Notes under the pieces: generated by a model | Database searches by the model: none | What the model saw: only the letters and a program-made list of their open reading frames with translations | What the model was told of the DNA's origin: nothing | Shown: piece after piece, positions 12,901-26,002 of the stretch | How the letters are laid out: each line of letters opens with the position of its first letter | Numbering within the stretch: the stretch's first letter is position 1 | Position numbers and translations under genes: made by a program | Source of the DNA: Amoebophrya sp. A120 | Lineage: Eukaryota; Protista; Dinoflagellata | Reading direction: 5' to 3' | DNA: 64,000 nt | Assembly (NCBI GenBank): GCA_905178155.1 | Contig: CAJINV010000002.1 | Coordinates: 820,422 to 884,421, forward strand

Positions 12901-14683
12901 GCTTGCTTCCCGGAAACTAACCACACGGCCCAGGGGCAAAAGCCCTAGGTCAGCGCGGGGATTCGGTCCCCGCGTCATGACCAAGGGGCCACCCAGCTGC
13001 TGGCGCTTCCCGGAAACTAACCGCACGGCCCAGGGGCAGAAGCCCTAGGTCAGCGCGGGGACTCGGTCCCCGCGTCATGACCTAGGGGCCAGCTACAGAC
13101 GCGGCGCCGGTGCTATTGGCACCCGGCCCGGCGCCAGCTTCTTCCTTTCTTTTCTCTTTGTTTCATTGTTCGCGGTGGGCCAGCGGATCTAGTGTGGGCA
13201 AGCTGAGGAGCTCCGTCCGTAAGTCTGTCGCGGATCAGGGAGCGCAGGACAAACAGAGGCACCGAGCTGCAGGGGCCTGCCCGCCCTGTGCCAGCCACCA
13301 CAACCCCCCCCCGAACTCGTCCCAGACAAATGCCGGAAGGTCGCCGCACGGGGACTCTGTCCCCGTGCTCGGACCTTGTTTGTAATGCACAAATGCAATC
13401 ACTACGAGTACGATACTTTTGCACAGGATAGACAGGAACCCTTGGCACCCAGGTCGAGTGGGAAAATCAAGTTGTAATCGTTTTCCAGTTATCAAATGCA
13501 AAAATGCTTGCGTCTGGAAGAGTGGAAGATTTGTCATGCAGGTTTTCCATGACCCATGAGACGTGGAATGCAGAGCGTAGCATGACAGATTCTGTGAGGT
13601 GTCTATCATGCCTATTCTGCATGAGAAAGTCCCTCTCAGTTTGGTCGAAAGTGGGCAGCTTTATTTGGTAAGCATGCAACACAGATTTTTGCATGATTCT
13701 GATTTAGCATGACAAGTTCCAGACCCAAACATTTTTGCAATTCATACCAGTGTCGTGTTCACCTGCTCCAAAATCGCCCCGGCTTCGAAAATCCCAACTC
13801 CCGCTTTCTCGTCGATCGAGACAATTTTGTTCATGAGTTCTAGCGAGAGAATAATCTCGTCGAACACGGGAATAGCGCCGCCGACCAAACCCGTGTTGCC
13901 GCCTTGGGGAGTTACCGCGAGCTTCCGGTCGTTGCAGTATTTCAGGATTTTGGAAACCTCTTCGGTGGATCGGGGACGCAGGGCAAGCTCGGATTTACCT
14001 GCGGTGTATTGTGATTGCTTTGTTGGTGTTCAGTATCAATTCATTGCTTCGGAGAAAATTTTTGCTTGTCATGCCGTGCGGTATAACTTTATACTCGATG
14101 GTGCCACAAGACTACTTTTTTCAACGCAGCACACGACCATGCAGCATAGCACTATGCACGGCGGCGCACTGACATTATCATTATTTGCGTTCACAACTAG
14201 CACTAGGTGCGTCGAACAAACAAAATCAATACCCTTCATTAGTTTTAGCCAGTCGATGTTGTATCGGTCCATGTCTCCCTGATGAATATGCTCTGCAAAA
14301 GTATCGTATTCGTAGTAATCGCAGTCATGCAATACAAATCTAGTCATCAAGGTCAATCCGCATTACAAATTGCATTTGTAAATGTAATGCTGAGCCAGTT
14401 TGTAATGCAATTTCTACTAAGTAGTACGACACTTTTGCAATGCATAATGCACCGTGGTAACCGATTTGAAATAATCCACATCCGCGGGCTCCAATTTCGA
14501 GAAATGGTTCAAGCGGTTGACCTGCTGTGCGCTGCTCAGGGCGAAGAACCGCTTTTGGGTACTAGAGGTATGTGTTCGGAAAGCAGAATTTGTCGTGCAA
14601 CACTGGCGTGCCAGTACCCTGGGTCCACGGGAGGAGCAGGACTTGCTCGCAGCGGAAGTTAGGACGGCGGTTGGAGCGGCCAT
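9954..14683 (-). CDS. D2HGDH: D-2-hydroxyglutarate dehydrogenase (FAD-linked oxidase, VAO family), mitochondrial-type presequence, 8 exons
   Basis: Motifs across exons: [38 protein letters not shown]|[65 protein letters not shown]. Confidence 0.92.
10583..10744. mobile_element. Introner, family C-like (aged)
   Basis: TAT..ATA ends, flanks CTCGA/GTCGA; removal joins FQFL(D/E) to KHELESG. Confidence 0.8.
11034..11275 (-). other. Canonical GT-AG intron in D2HGDH
   Basis: tg|GTATTG...TATCCAG|c gives AVMCPPK. Confidence 0.7.
11333..11493. mobile_element. Introner family C (aged)
   Basis: Degenerate C-type TIR; separates DLKQL from IGSEG. Confidence 0.8.
11797..11993. repeat. ~147-bp direct repeat unit with CCCCAGACACA-like subrepeats, running into the gap
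   Basis: GAAGCTTT.GG.TGTGTTCTGGGGTA.GCAAAGTGG at ~11797 and ~11944. Confidence 0.7.
11994..12525. other. Assembly gap (N run)
   Basis: Run of N. Confidence 1.
12526..13095. repeat. ~100-bp GC-rich tandem repeat (6 copies visible), each with a strong hairpin
   Basis: Unit core CCTAGGTCA-GCGCGGGGAC-TCG-GTCCCCGCG-TCA-TGACCTAGG. Confidence 0.95.
13490..13746. mobile_element. Introner family A
   Basis: TIR, TSD CCAGT; joins VNTTL|ENDYNL. Confidence 0.9.
13999..14232 (-). other. Canonical GT-AG intron with a relic inverted repeat
   Basis: aag g|GTATTGATTTTG...CAATCACAATACACCGCAG|gt aaa gives LMKGKSEL. Confidence 0.75.
14287..14446. mobile_element. Introner family C
   Basis: TIR, flanks ATGAA/ATGCA. 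Confidence 0.85.
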
Positions 14684-15139
14684 CTTTGATTGTTAGTGAG
14701 TTGATGGAAAGGGGTTTTTTGAAACTAATTTTGGCACAGGTTATTGTTGAAGAGGTTAAAATACAGGTTGAGGTTTGATTTTCATTTTGGTTTACACTAC
14801 TTGAAGTTGTATGTAACCCCGCCGCGAGGCAGCACTAGGGGGCTATAATTTGTTAATGAGATGCTGGGTCCTGAAAATCATGACAAGAGCTTAAGACTTT
14901 TCATAGCCTTTATTTCTACTTCTTCGTAACGTGAAACATGGATTGCGCTCTCTCGCTTAGCTTTGTCACTGCGCACTCACACTCTCATCTTCGCTCTTCA
15001 AATTTTCTTTTGCGCTATGCTTCTGTTTAATCCTGCGCCACCGTCGCTCGAGCTCCTAGAAGAAGATAAACAAGCCAAAAACCTCGCCACGAGATTAGAA
15101 CACCACGCCACCCTTACTTTTTATTTTTTCCACACACCG

Positions 15140-16980
15140 AAGTGAGCGCGCCATGTCTGCATGTTTCATTCCTGTGCCCACGATGAATGTTCGACGCACG
15201 AGCGAGGCAGGAGCGGCGGGCCCCGCCAATTCCATCGCGCGCGCCAGCAATCGAGCGGCAAAGCCAACCTGCAGCCACCCCACGACAGCCAAGCAACAAC
15301 AACAGGCAGCGCGGCCTCTCCCCGATCCGCCGGTCTCTGCTGCGCATGCGGGTGGTGCAAAGAATCCGGCCGGGCAATGAAATCACTGAACTGGGCGGGG
15401 CCGGTCCTGGGCCCATCAAGGGCGCGCCCGGCAGGCAGGCAGGGGGCGGGGCAACAGGCGGAACACCAACACGCCCACGCACCCCGCCCACAGACACTTG
15501 CCCCAGCAAGCCACCCAGCCGGCGCGGGCCGGCGCGGGCACTTGGGGGCCTGTCCCTTTGCTTTGGTGGGTGCACAACGAAACAGGGGGCGCGTGAGCTG
15601 CAGGCGTTTCTTTCGGAGGGCGGAGATGAGAACCCGCGCCCCCGGGCTCGCCCAGTTGCTCCCCTCCACAAACCGGCAGGCCGGCGCCCGAATTCCATCG
15701 AGCAAAATTCGGGGAACGGTATCCGGGCAGGACACTGCCCCCCCCCGGCCGGCACCACCAGCTCGGCCCGTGCCATGCTTCTGCACCAGAAGCAGAAAAG
15801 CGCCGCGCGCGCGCGTGGCTTCCGGCGGTAAACGCCCTGCACAAGAGTCGCTCCCGTGTAGCCATACACCAAAGCGCGCGGCCGCTATCTTGCTGAAGGT
15901 TGGCCATTGGTTGACGCGCAGCCGCGCGTTAGTTTTTGCTTGGACAAGCTAGGGCTCGCTTCACATCGACGTCATTCATGATTAAGATAAAACTCCATAG
16001 CTGTCTGATGCTGGCAAACTAGTACGTACTGGTCAACACCCTCGTCACAGGCTGCATTCGCGTCGCTCTCGCTCTTGAGATCGGAGATTATTCACTCCAT
16101 CTCACGTATGGCTTGCTCAGCCTCAGATGCCAACACTGCACGCTCCCGCTCGAATTTGGAAAAAATGCCCGGGTGGCTCAACGAACCAAACCCAATCCTG
16201 GGTCAACCAAAACTAATCACTTCTCTCCAGAACATGAAGGAAACTGCCACACCAGCTCCAGCACCGCCCAAAGCCGTCTGCGCGGCACTAAGCGTTCTTC
16301 AAATAGATGACGACCGACATACCCGGCGCCGATGTGAAAATCATCTTCGTCTGAATTTTTCTCACGATAAACGGGGCGACGGCCAGTCCCCATCTGAGGA
16401 TCGCCGGCGGGCCACACCCGACCGACGGCGCCGCCGACGATGCATCCCCACCGCGGGCGCGCAAAGCAGCTTCCCTGGGGCAGTGGAAATACGCCCCGCA
16501 AATAGGGCATAACGCGCTGGCACTGGAGCTGCGAGCCCAATAGCCGGGGGCCCGCGGCGGGAAAGTATTCACGCAAAAACAGAAGGTCCTCACGAGCCCA
16601 ATAGCCGGGCGGCGCGCGCGGCGGCGCGGGCGTCGTCTCATTCCGGCGGGCGAGCGGCACATGGCAGACGCCGAGGCAAGAAGCGGCCCACCGCCGGGCC
16701 TAGCACTTTGCGCTTGGAAACAAACGGGCCCCGGCCGCCCGGAACGAGCTCGCGACCCCGGGCCGCACCTGCCCAACAACAAGGGGGCGAAAGCCTGGCC
16801 GGCAACGCGTCGCGCTTTCCCTCTTTTGGTCGGCGTGAACGCGGGTCCCAATTTTTATCGTGTTCTTGTGGCGCCGCAGGCATTCTGGAATTGCTCTGCT
16901 GGCGATATGGTCGCCCGGAGCGCGCCCGGCCCATTCCCCCGCGAGGCCGCTGCCGCTTCACCGCCCATAAACAATACACA
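15140..16980. repeat. Two GC-rich non-coding blocks
   Basis: Composition and spacing resemble 7740-9800 and 26450-29700; overlapping ORFs in all frames are low-complexity Arg/Gly/Pro/Ala. Confidence 0.45.
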
Positions 16981-18004
16981 GACAGGGACTACAGCACAGC
17001 CATAAGTAGCGGCCACCTTCCTTCGGACCACCTCGGGAGCAGTGGCGCAAAGTTGTCTGCGGACAGAATGCCCTAGCTGCTCCACTAAACTGCTACGAAT
17101 ACAGTTGGAAACGCTGCTCACAAGCTGCGCTGTCCTTTAGGCCACCTCCGCGAGCGACGAGGAAATCGCGGTACGGAGGAATAAATGTCGCAACTCGTCG
17201 ACGGTGCGTGGTGGTAGTACAAGGCACAACAGATAACGTTTTGCTCTCGCGCAACCAGAAGTGAAGCTGCACTCTGCTTAATCTGCGCTCATCTCGCTCA
17301 CCCAAACTTTAGCGCGCGTTCTCTATTGCGTCTTGACTGGTGTCGTGTCGTTGCTACTCACCTCTCTAAGCCTTCGTAAAGTCGGAACATGAAGGAGCTT
17401 CAGCAATCGGCCCCGATGCAGCAAAATAGTTAAAAATCAAAATAATTCGTTCCTGCCGTATTTCCCGTTGACTGCATTATCTGCGTCGGTTAAAAAGACT
17501 GCACTGTCTCATGCCGCAAATTGTACAGGCTCATTCTCAGGTTTCTATCGCGTCTTGGATTGTACAGTGTGAAAAAATTCATTTTGCTCTGTAAATTCAT
17601 TCTTGGAATGCTTGATGCTATGGTTGTGTTTCTCCACCTTTTGTACAGTCGAAATGGAAGTTTCGGTTGATGCTATATTCTTATGCGCTTGTTGTTATTC
17701 CAGTATTTGAGTTTGTTGTATTATTTCAATTTCGGATAATCTTGCTTTCGCATTCTTGTTGCAATTGGCTATTCCATCTGGTGACTAAGACAAATTTTTC
17801 AAGTGTGTTCTCAAAGACTAAGATAAAGGTGATTCCTGTGTACGGAAAGGAAAAGGTATCAGCGCGTGTCAAAAAAAAGTAGTTGATCACCAGGCAGCTG
17901 CAGCTCGCTTCTTCTCACCCCGCGAAAACCCCGCCAACATCATCAAAACAATTTTGCTACACTTATATTGATTTTCCAATCCTAAAGAACTTTCCACTCT
18001 CCTA

Positions 18005-21000
18005 CTACACCTGATCCTCCTGTTCCGTAGTTTCTTCCTCCACATACGCATCTTCCGTACTCCCGTAAGCCGGCACCTCCATTTTCAGCCGATACCACTC
18101 CGGTATCCAATGTAAACACGTCCCCACCGCAGAGTTGTCATGCAAATCTGCATGCTGAAAATGTTTCTCACGCGGCGACGCATGAGAAGCATTTTCCAGT
18201 GGTGTTTTGATATTTCTGATGCTTGCATCAGCATCATGTGCAAGATCTGCGATGCTGCTGCACTAGCTAAAGACGACTACATTGCAAAATCAAATTTGTG
18301 ATACGCAACGACCAAAGCCTTTTGATTTGTCTAGCAGATTTCCCATCTTGACTTTCGGGTGGAGACGTTTTTACACGGGATATCCGCTTCCGCTTGGTCC
18401 GTCGCCATTAACACCATCCCGAGGTAAACCACCTCCAAAATCGCCACCCAGTACCGGAGTTTCAACAAAAAGTTGTAAATCGTGACCGACTTCGACACTA
18501 TCCTCCCCGTTATCCCGAGTGCGATAAAAGCGACGATCGCGCCGATGAAGAGGAGTTTCCGTCGGAATCTGTGGCAAATCCCAGCCCGGTAGTGAAGTTT
18601 CTCGTGTGCTTCGTCGAGGTCAAAGGCTGGGTTGGGATTTTGTGTAGTAGTTTCTCCCGCCCCAGTGATTTCTCCTTCTGCTCCGGCATTCAATCCCGCC
18701 TCCAAATCCCTTTCCTCTTTTTCCAACCGTTTTTCTTCCAAAAACGCATCCGTTTCCGTTGCTGGTTTCTTATTCGCGTTCTCCGCGTGCTTCATCAACT
18801 CTCTCGGCGCCAACAATTTCGTATCCTCGGGTGATCTACCGAAATAGGAGAACCACTGTGCTTTTGTCATGGTGTCGCCGATATCAAATGCAAATATGTC
18901 TGGGTCTCATCTGGAAGAGTGCAAGTTTGTTACGCTTGTCTGGCATGAGTCTTAAATCTGTGATGCAGGAGCAGGAAAAGGGCCTCTTGCCTGGCATGCA
19001 AAAACGCAGTTTGTCATGCGAAAAACGAAACACACAGATGCGCAAAAACTTGTCATGCTGGGCTGCATATGGCAGTGCGCGCACAATTCGTAGATTTGCA
19101 TCACAAGTTTCCAGACCCAGACATATTTGCATTTGATACCCGAAGAAACAGGTGTGGGAGCTCTCTTCCTCCACCCACTGATACAATTTTTCATCCCACT
19201 TCATTTTCTTCCCCGCGGCACGCCCGAAAAGTTGCGCAGAAAGCTCGACGGCAAATGGGATGATGACGAAGAATGTAAGGAGGATACCGGCGACGGGGAA
19301 CTGATATTAGCGGTGTTTTTCTTTTTCAAATGCGTTGACAAGCATGACAGATTCATCAGATTTGCGCTCTATGCATGACAAACTCAAACAAAAGCAATCA
19401 GGAAATACGAATATCGGCCTCGCGAAGTTGAAGAGCAAGTGCTGGAACTGGCACATTGCCACTGTCCCCGAGTTGAACATCGCTTCCTTCGGCGTGGCCA
19501 GCCGGCACCCGTCTGGGTAAAATTGGTTCACCTTGTCGTACGGCTCACAGGAACAAGCGGTTTCCAAGTTGAAAATGTAGGGGGAAGTTAGAATCGACAC
19601 TATCACCACGTACGCCGCAAAGGGGATCATCGCGACTTCGACGTGTTTATGCAATGGAAATATGTTTGGGTCTGGAAGGTTAGGAGACTTGTCATGCAGA
19701 TTTTCCATGACGCGTGAGGTCTGTCATACATGACCCAGCATGACAGGTTCTGTCCGACCACTATCATGCCTCGTCTGCATGAGACACTCACTCTCAGCTT
19801 GGTCGAAAGTGGACAGCTTCTGGTAATCTTGCAGCACAGATTTGCGCACTATCCAGAATTACCATGACAAGTTGCATTCTTCCAGACCCAGACATATTTG
19901 CAATGTATAGTGTTTTGTGCTGTTCCGGTAGGGTTGGTTGTTGTAGAACGCGTCCGCGTACATGAAACCGACGCTTGTTAGAGGAAAGAGGAGGTTGGGA
20001 ACTAAGTGAAAGTCGTACCTGATAGATGTGGAAGAGAGACTTCGGTGGTTTCAATTTGTCATGCACTCTTTCACAGAAAAAATTGTCTTCTCATGCAACA
20101 AACACACAACTAACAGAAGCACAACTAAGTACGTGCTCCCCAGTCCGAGAACCAAACCGGCGATCTCCGTCAACAGCAGAACCATCGGCAACGGCAACAC
20201 CAACGTGTACAGTAACTGCGCTTGTTTCGCAATGTCCGGCGCGGGCTCCTGCAAAACGCTCGCTGGTATCTTCCCGATCTCCTCGTGATGGGTGTGTAAC
20301 AATTGTCTCCTCCCCGGGGTCATGTGTGCTCGGAGAACTGTCTGGTCGTAATGGTCGGACACCATCCTTTGGTCGTAGGTTATTGGATGGGGATTCAACC
20401 CCGGTAATCCCGGATTGAACACGTGTCCCTCTTCATCGTGTTTCAACTCTGATGGTTTTTTCTTCTTGAGTTTTCTCTCTCTTTTCATCGGGAGAGCTTG
20501 TTTAGTATCGGGTTCTAACAGTTGCTGTTGCTCCTCTGGCGCGTTATTTTCGTCTTCAAAGTCATCGTCTTCCTCAATGTCGATTTCCGCATCATTACCC
20601 GCTGCTTCGCCCTCTCCTTCGATGTAATTATCTGGCGGACCAATATTTCTATCACCGTATGCAGCTGCTGCATCATCGTCGTCACCCCCTTCGATGAAGT
20701 CCTCTTCTTCTAAAACCGTGTCGTCCACTGCAGCGGACTCCCCTTCCCCCTCCAGCACAGCTGGCCCTGCTGTTGCAGTAGTAGTTCTCACAGGTAAAGC
20801 GACCCCGTTGATCTGGGGTAAATCCAAACCGTTTTGCTTCACGACGTTGTCGAAGAGGAAAAGTTCTTGCTCCTGTTCGGGGAACGAAGCTTTTGTTTTG
20901 GATCGTTCATCGGGGACGACTGATGCGCCGTCGACAAAGTTCTGCTGTTGTTCTTCACCATCCTCATCTTGTTCCCCATTGTCCTCGTCGTCCTCAAAGG

Positions 21001-24000
21001 CTAAACGGTGGCGGTGCTTTTCCTTCTTGACTGGAACCTCCTCGTTTTTCACATCAGCCTCTACCTTGTCAACCTCAATCACAACGTCGGCAGGCAGAAC
21101 TTCCTCCAAGACCGGGGGTGAGCCGATCTCGTCAAGAGCAGCTTGCTGCTGTTCCTGCATAGAAGTTGTGGGCGCTGGTATGTCAACGGAATCTGCTACA
21201 ATCTGCACAGCTTATCAAGTGTAAAAATGTCTGGGTCTGGAAGAATGCGCGATTTGTCATGCAGATTTTCCATATCCCATGAGGTCTGGAATGCAGGACT
21301 TAGCATGACAGATTCTGCGCGATCTCTCTCATGCCAATCCTGCATGAGAAACTCCCTTCCGACTTGGTCAAAACTGGACGACTTTTGGTAATCATGCAAT
21401 ACAGATTTTTGCATGCTTCAGATTTCGCATGACAAGTTGCATTCTTCCAGACCCAGACATTTTTACATTTGATACAGCTTGTTCAGCCACGACCTGGTCG
21501 TCCATCGGGGTGGCGAAAACCAAATTGTTTATCACAAGAAAAAAGTGTTACAGTTACACATTGTGTTGCAGGTCAAGCAAGACAGGCAAGCTCTGTCATG
21601 CCGGATATGCATAGGAGCCTCGTTTAATAGGTGTTTTCCCGTACTAGGATTTCTGCATTACAAGTTTTCTCTCTCATGCAGAGAAATTTGTGTTGCTGAA
21701 TTCACTACAAATGTGTAACTGTAACACTTTTTTCGTGGGATATTGTTCCCAACAGACTTGCTATTAGCCGGCGTGACAAAGTCCGCCGCACTCGCCGTAC
21801 TGTTGTTCTGTTGTTGCGACACGACCGACACTTCATTCGCGGTTACAGAGACCATGTCGCCAGCACTCGGGAGGCTCTGCGACTGGTTATTTGTTACAGT
21901 ACCATCCACCGCGTCCGGGGACTCGACGAAGGAGGACTCATAAGGGTTGTCGTTGTTCGCAGGTGGGTAGAGGTCGGAGGGGTTTTTTGTGGAAGAAAAG
22001 AGGATTTTCTCCGGGGAGACACTGTCGATTACGATGGCGGGGTTGGTGTTGCTGTTTTCTTGTACAGGTAGTTCTTCGGGAGCTGGAGTTGGACCTGTAG
22101 GTTCCTCTACTTGTGCAGCCGTTTGCAGCGCACCTGCATCAGCTTCTGCTTCCGCAGCAGCAGCAACAGGTGGCGGCGCAACAGCATCTCCCTCCATAAC
22201 CGCGCGTTCTTCTGCAGTCGGTTCTGGGACCTGCTCGGCTGGCGGTACAACTACATCTTCCGTTTCACCGGTGCCGCTCCTGGCGCTTTGCTTGCTTCCC
22301 TCTTTGGTGTCTTCTGCTGGCGGAAGTAGGGTTTGTTCTGCGGGCAGCTCGGTTGTTGCTGCGGCTTCATCAACAGCTCCAGTAAAAGTATCGTCTACAG
22401 CAGGGAGCGACAGTTCTTCTGCAGCAGGAGCTGCTGTTTCTGCTTCGCCGACAGCGGGAGCAGCGGGCTCTGGTTGTTCTGCGGTAACAGGTGGCTCTTC
22501 AAAAACTGGTGGCTCAGCTGCACCCTCCGTTCCACCCTCCGTCGGCGCATCAGCATCTGCAGCCTCCGCTCCTCCGTCTGTCGGAACAGCTGGAGTCTCT
22601 TCTGCCCCCTCAGCTTCCCCAGGTGCTGGTGCAGGATCTCCAGGGGCAGCGGTGGTGCTTTCAACAGCATCAGCAGGAGTGGCTGCAGTGTCCGCAGGTG
22701 GAACTTCTTTTGGGGCGTCTTCACTTTCTACGACGGCTTCTGTTGCCGCTGAAACTCCAGGCTCTTCTTCCACTATCTCCTCCTCCACGACCACATCATC
22801 CCCACCGGCAGCTTCACCCTCCGCTTCCAAAACCTGCGGTTGTTCATGTTGACCAACTGGCATGACAGCTGGTATGTCTTGCAATACGGATTGTTCAACA
22901 GGAGCGGAGTTGTCCGGCTCTACTGGAGCGGCGTCTGGGTGTGCCGCGACGTCTTCTGCTGTTGCAGCTACTGCTCCATCAGGTGGGGCTGGAACTACGG
23001 GTGGCTGTGGCTCTACTAGAGCCGTTTCATCTACTTCCTTCGCCGGAGCAGCAGAAGCTGTAGCGACTGCAGTTTCATCATCCAGAGGGACAACCACTTC
23101 ATCTGCAGAAACTGCAACTGCGGGCGCAGCACCAGGTGTGTCAGTTTCTGCTGCTACTGGAAGTGGCTCCGCTACAACTTCGTCTTTATTTGCCGGAGCT
23201 GGAGCAGCAGGTGCACCGGCTTCTGGGTCAACACCCGATGGTGCGTCTGGTGTTGCGGTTGCTTGTTCCTGTGGTACTTCTTCCACCGGAGCAGCAACAA
23301 CAGGATCTTCTGCACCAGCTGCGACACTTGTAGCTGCTGCTGGAACTTCTCCTGTACTAACAGGAGCTGGCTCAACTACACCTGGTGGCGCTGCAGCAGT
23401 GTCGCCACCGGTCTCTCCCGCAGCAACCGCTGCTGCTGCTTTCACTTTCTCCTGCCTCTCCCGTTCCTCCACCGCTGCTAATTCCCTTCTACTCTTCCGA
23501 AAAGCGTCCAATGCGGCGAATCTGGAGCTAGAAGAAGACACCTTCGATGCGCCGCCGAGGCTTTTGGTGTCGTCATCTTTGCTGTTCAGAGCACCTTTAT
23601 CCGCCAGCAAATAATTCGCTTTCATCGGACTGGCACTATCCGGTGTCGGTTGCATGAAAAAGTTGTTCGCGTAGTTATCCGGAGTGGAGGCTGATTGTGT
23701 TTGTGCTAGAAGACTTTCGGTAGGAACAGCTACTACACCAGGGGAAGGGACTAGTACTGTTGGTTCCACGCCAGCACCAGCAGCTCCCGCTGTTTGCTTG
23801 GACTGCGCACCACCAGCACTGGGCGACGCGGTTTTGCTATCCGCCTTCACCTATCAAATGTAAAAATGTCTGGGTCTGGAAGAGCGCACGACTTGTCACG
23901 CAGCTTGTCCATGACCCATGAGGTCTGGAATGCAGGACCTAGCGCGACAGATTCTGCGCGATCTCTCTCGTGGATGCCTATCCTGCATGAGAAACTCCCT

Positions 24001-26002
24001 CCCGACTTGGTCAAAACTGGACGACTTATGGTAATCATGCAACACAGATTTTTGGATGCTTCAGATTTAGCATCACAAGTTCCAACCTTCCAGATCCAGA
24101 CATTTTTACATTTGATATCACCAATTTCATCGCAGCTTGCCACCGCCTTTGACCGGCGGTTCCTGTTGTCCCGGCTCTTGTTGATTTGGCCAAGACTTTC
24201 TGCCACGAAGCGGGCAATTTCTTCTGGTTCTCGTCTAGTTGTGGTTGCTTCTGAGATGTGTTCGCATCCGCAGCTGGTGGCTGCTCCGTTACAGCAGGAC
24301 CGGCAGGAGGATCTTCTGGACCACCAGTCACAGTTTCTTCTTCCACTGCTCCTTGTTCATCCATCGCCTTTTCTCCAGCACCAGCATCCGCTCCTTCTTT
24401 AAACACACTGTCTTTCGACGGCAAGACCTTCTTGCTTTGCGCTGGAGATGTTGTTGAAGGCGGCTTCATCTGCTCTGCCGACCCGGCAGTTCCTGCGGGA
24501 GCAGCTCCTGGTGCGGGAGTTGGTGTAGTGCCTGGACTTGTCGCGCCATCCACACCAGTTTTCGCCCCTGCTTTATTATTACTCTTCTCACCAGCAGTTG
24601 CACTTTTCTTCGATTTGCTACTGCTCTTCGACTTCCCGCTCCTACCACTAACCCCCGATTTGTTTCCCACCGTCGACGCCGCGTAAACATCGATCTCCTC
24701 AAAATGATGCACCTCCTTCAACAGTTCGTTCTCGTGTACCGTGTCCACGTGTTTGAAATGATCAGACACGTAGTTCTGCTGCATCCCGCCGCCATCAAAT
24801 GCCATCGAAGCTAATCCCCCAGTCCCGTAACTCTTCGGTTTTTCCTCCGCACTGAACCCTTTCGGATCGACGAGTTTGAGCTTTTTCAACTTCTTCTCAA
24901 ACTTCCGCCTCTTCTCCGGATCCATGTTCGCGAACTGATTTTCAAACGTCGGTAACTCATTTCCCACCATTTTCGACAACAAATGTCGATCTAAATGGTG
25001 CTCCGCGCCGGCGGTTAGGGTTGAAACATCCCCGGATTTTTTCACGAACGGGTCGTTTGTGGAAAGCGGATGAGTTTGGTAGTAGTTTGCGTAGGAGTAT
25101 GCATTGCAAAAGCATTTTGCACTAGTATAAACCGCATGACAAATTTTCTTTAAAAACAAAACAGAAGTTTTTGTCATGCTGAAAAACCTAAAGACAGACA
25201 TCTGTCATGCATGATTGCAATTAGTACGAGTGCGATACAACTTTTGCAGAGCATAAGGAGACCTGCTCGTGTTCGATCTCCTGCTTGGATTTTTGCTTCT
25301 GAGGAACGACAGGTTGATTTTGTGGAGCTTGTTGCTGTCCCGCTGATGATTCCCCACCGGCGGAGGAGGTTGCAAGTGGTTTTTCCCCCGGTAACATCAT
25401 CTTCTCCGGGCCGATCTGCTCAATACCTTCGAAATGGTTTGCAACATTCATCCCCGCTGGGTCGTGCGCTAAGCTCGCTAAGCTGTTTTTTTTCACTTTC
25501 GAATATCCATCGCAAAAGCATCGCACTCGTAGTACTGAATCGTAGTCACGCATGATAGATCTACTTTTCTACCTCATTTAGCATGACAAACTGCACTTTT
25601 GTTTGATCTGGACAAAATTTGTAATGCAATTTTTACTAAAACTAAATGCGATTCCTTTGCAATGCATACCGGACTGACGTCGACTAACTTCACCTTCGAT
25701 TTTTTCGGCTTTTTCTCCTTGCCGGTGTAAACGTTGGAGAAGTCGTTTTTGAAATCCGGTAGTTCGTTTCCGATTAATTGCGACACCATGTCCCTTTCAA
25801 TGTGTCCCTCCGCGCCGGCCGTGGTGTAACCCGCGGGGTGGGCTTTGATCGCATTTTGCACCGCCAGGTCGGGTTCTTCGGGTTTGTAGAGGTTGGAGGC
25901 AGTCGTCGAGGCTGCGCCCTTTGAACGATGAAACACCTCGATCGGGCGGAGGGTGGAGGGGTCGGGCGCACCCGGGAACTCGGGCGGCTGCTGGTCGGAC
26001 AT
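18005..26002 (-). CDS. Very large Ala/Pro/Glu-rich low-complexity protein with C-terminal hydrophobic (transmembrane) segments; ~11 exons
   Basis: ORFs 25574..26002, 25221..25553, 24035..25201, 21658..23850, 20051..21208, 19307..19708 and 18331..18870 are separated by introners. TM-like AMIPFAAYVVIVSIL and LLFIGAIVAFIALGI; ends ...EQEDQV*. Could be two genes. Confidence 0.65.
18104..18382. mobile_element. Introner family B (aged)
   Basis: Degenerate B TIR, flanks TCCGG/TCCGC. Confidence 0.8.
18882..19138. mobile_element. Introner family A
   Basis: TIR, flanks GCCGA/CCCGA. Confidence 0.9.
19648..19909. mobile_element. Introner family A
   Basis: TIR, TSD GTGTT. Confidence 0.9.
21213..21474. 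mobile_element. Introner family A
   Basis: TIR, TSD CAGCT; near-identical to 23852-24117. Confidence 0.9.
21530..21742. mobile_element. Introner family G
   Basis: TIR TATC.CA.GAAAAAAGTGTTACAGTTACACATT, TSD TTGTT. Confidence 0.9.
23852..24117. mobile_element. Introner family A
   Basis: TIR, TSD TCACC. Confidence 0.9.
25098..25255. mobile_element. Introner family C
   Basis: TIR, TSD AGGAG. Confidence 0.85.
25504..25668. mobile_element. Introner family C (aged)
   Basis: Degenerate TIR, eroded TSD. Confidence 0.7.

Larger units (their letters stand above)
11667..13430. mobile_element. Family C introner expanded by internal satellite/repeat insertion
   Basis: C-type TIR halves at 11667 and 13430, perfect TSD GACAG; removal joins GAKGSC|QIGGN. 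Confidence 0.85.

Noticed and set aside
21989-23614. Long plus-strand ORFs opposite the large gene
   Set aside because: Antisense shadows of a low-complexity Ala/Pro/Glu exon.
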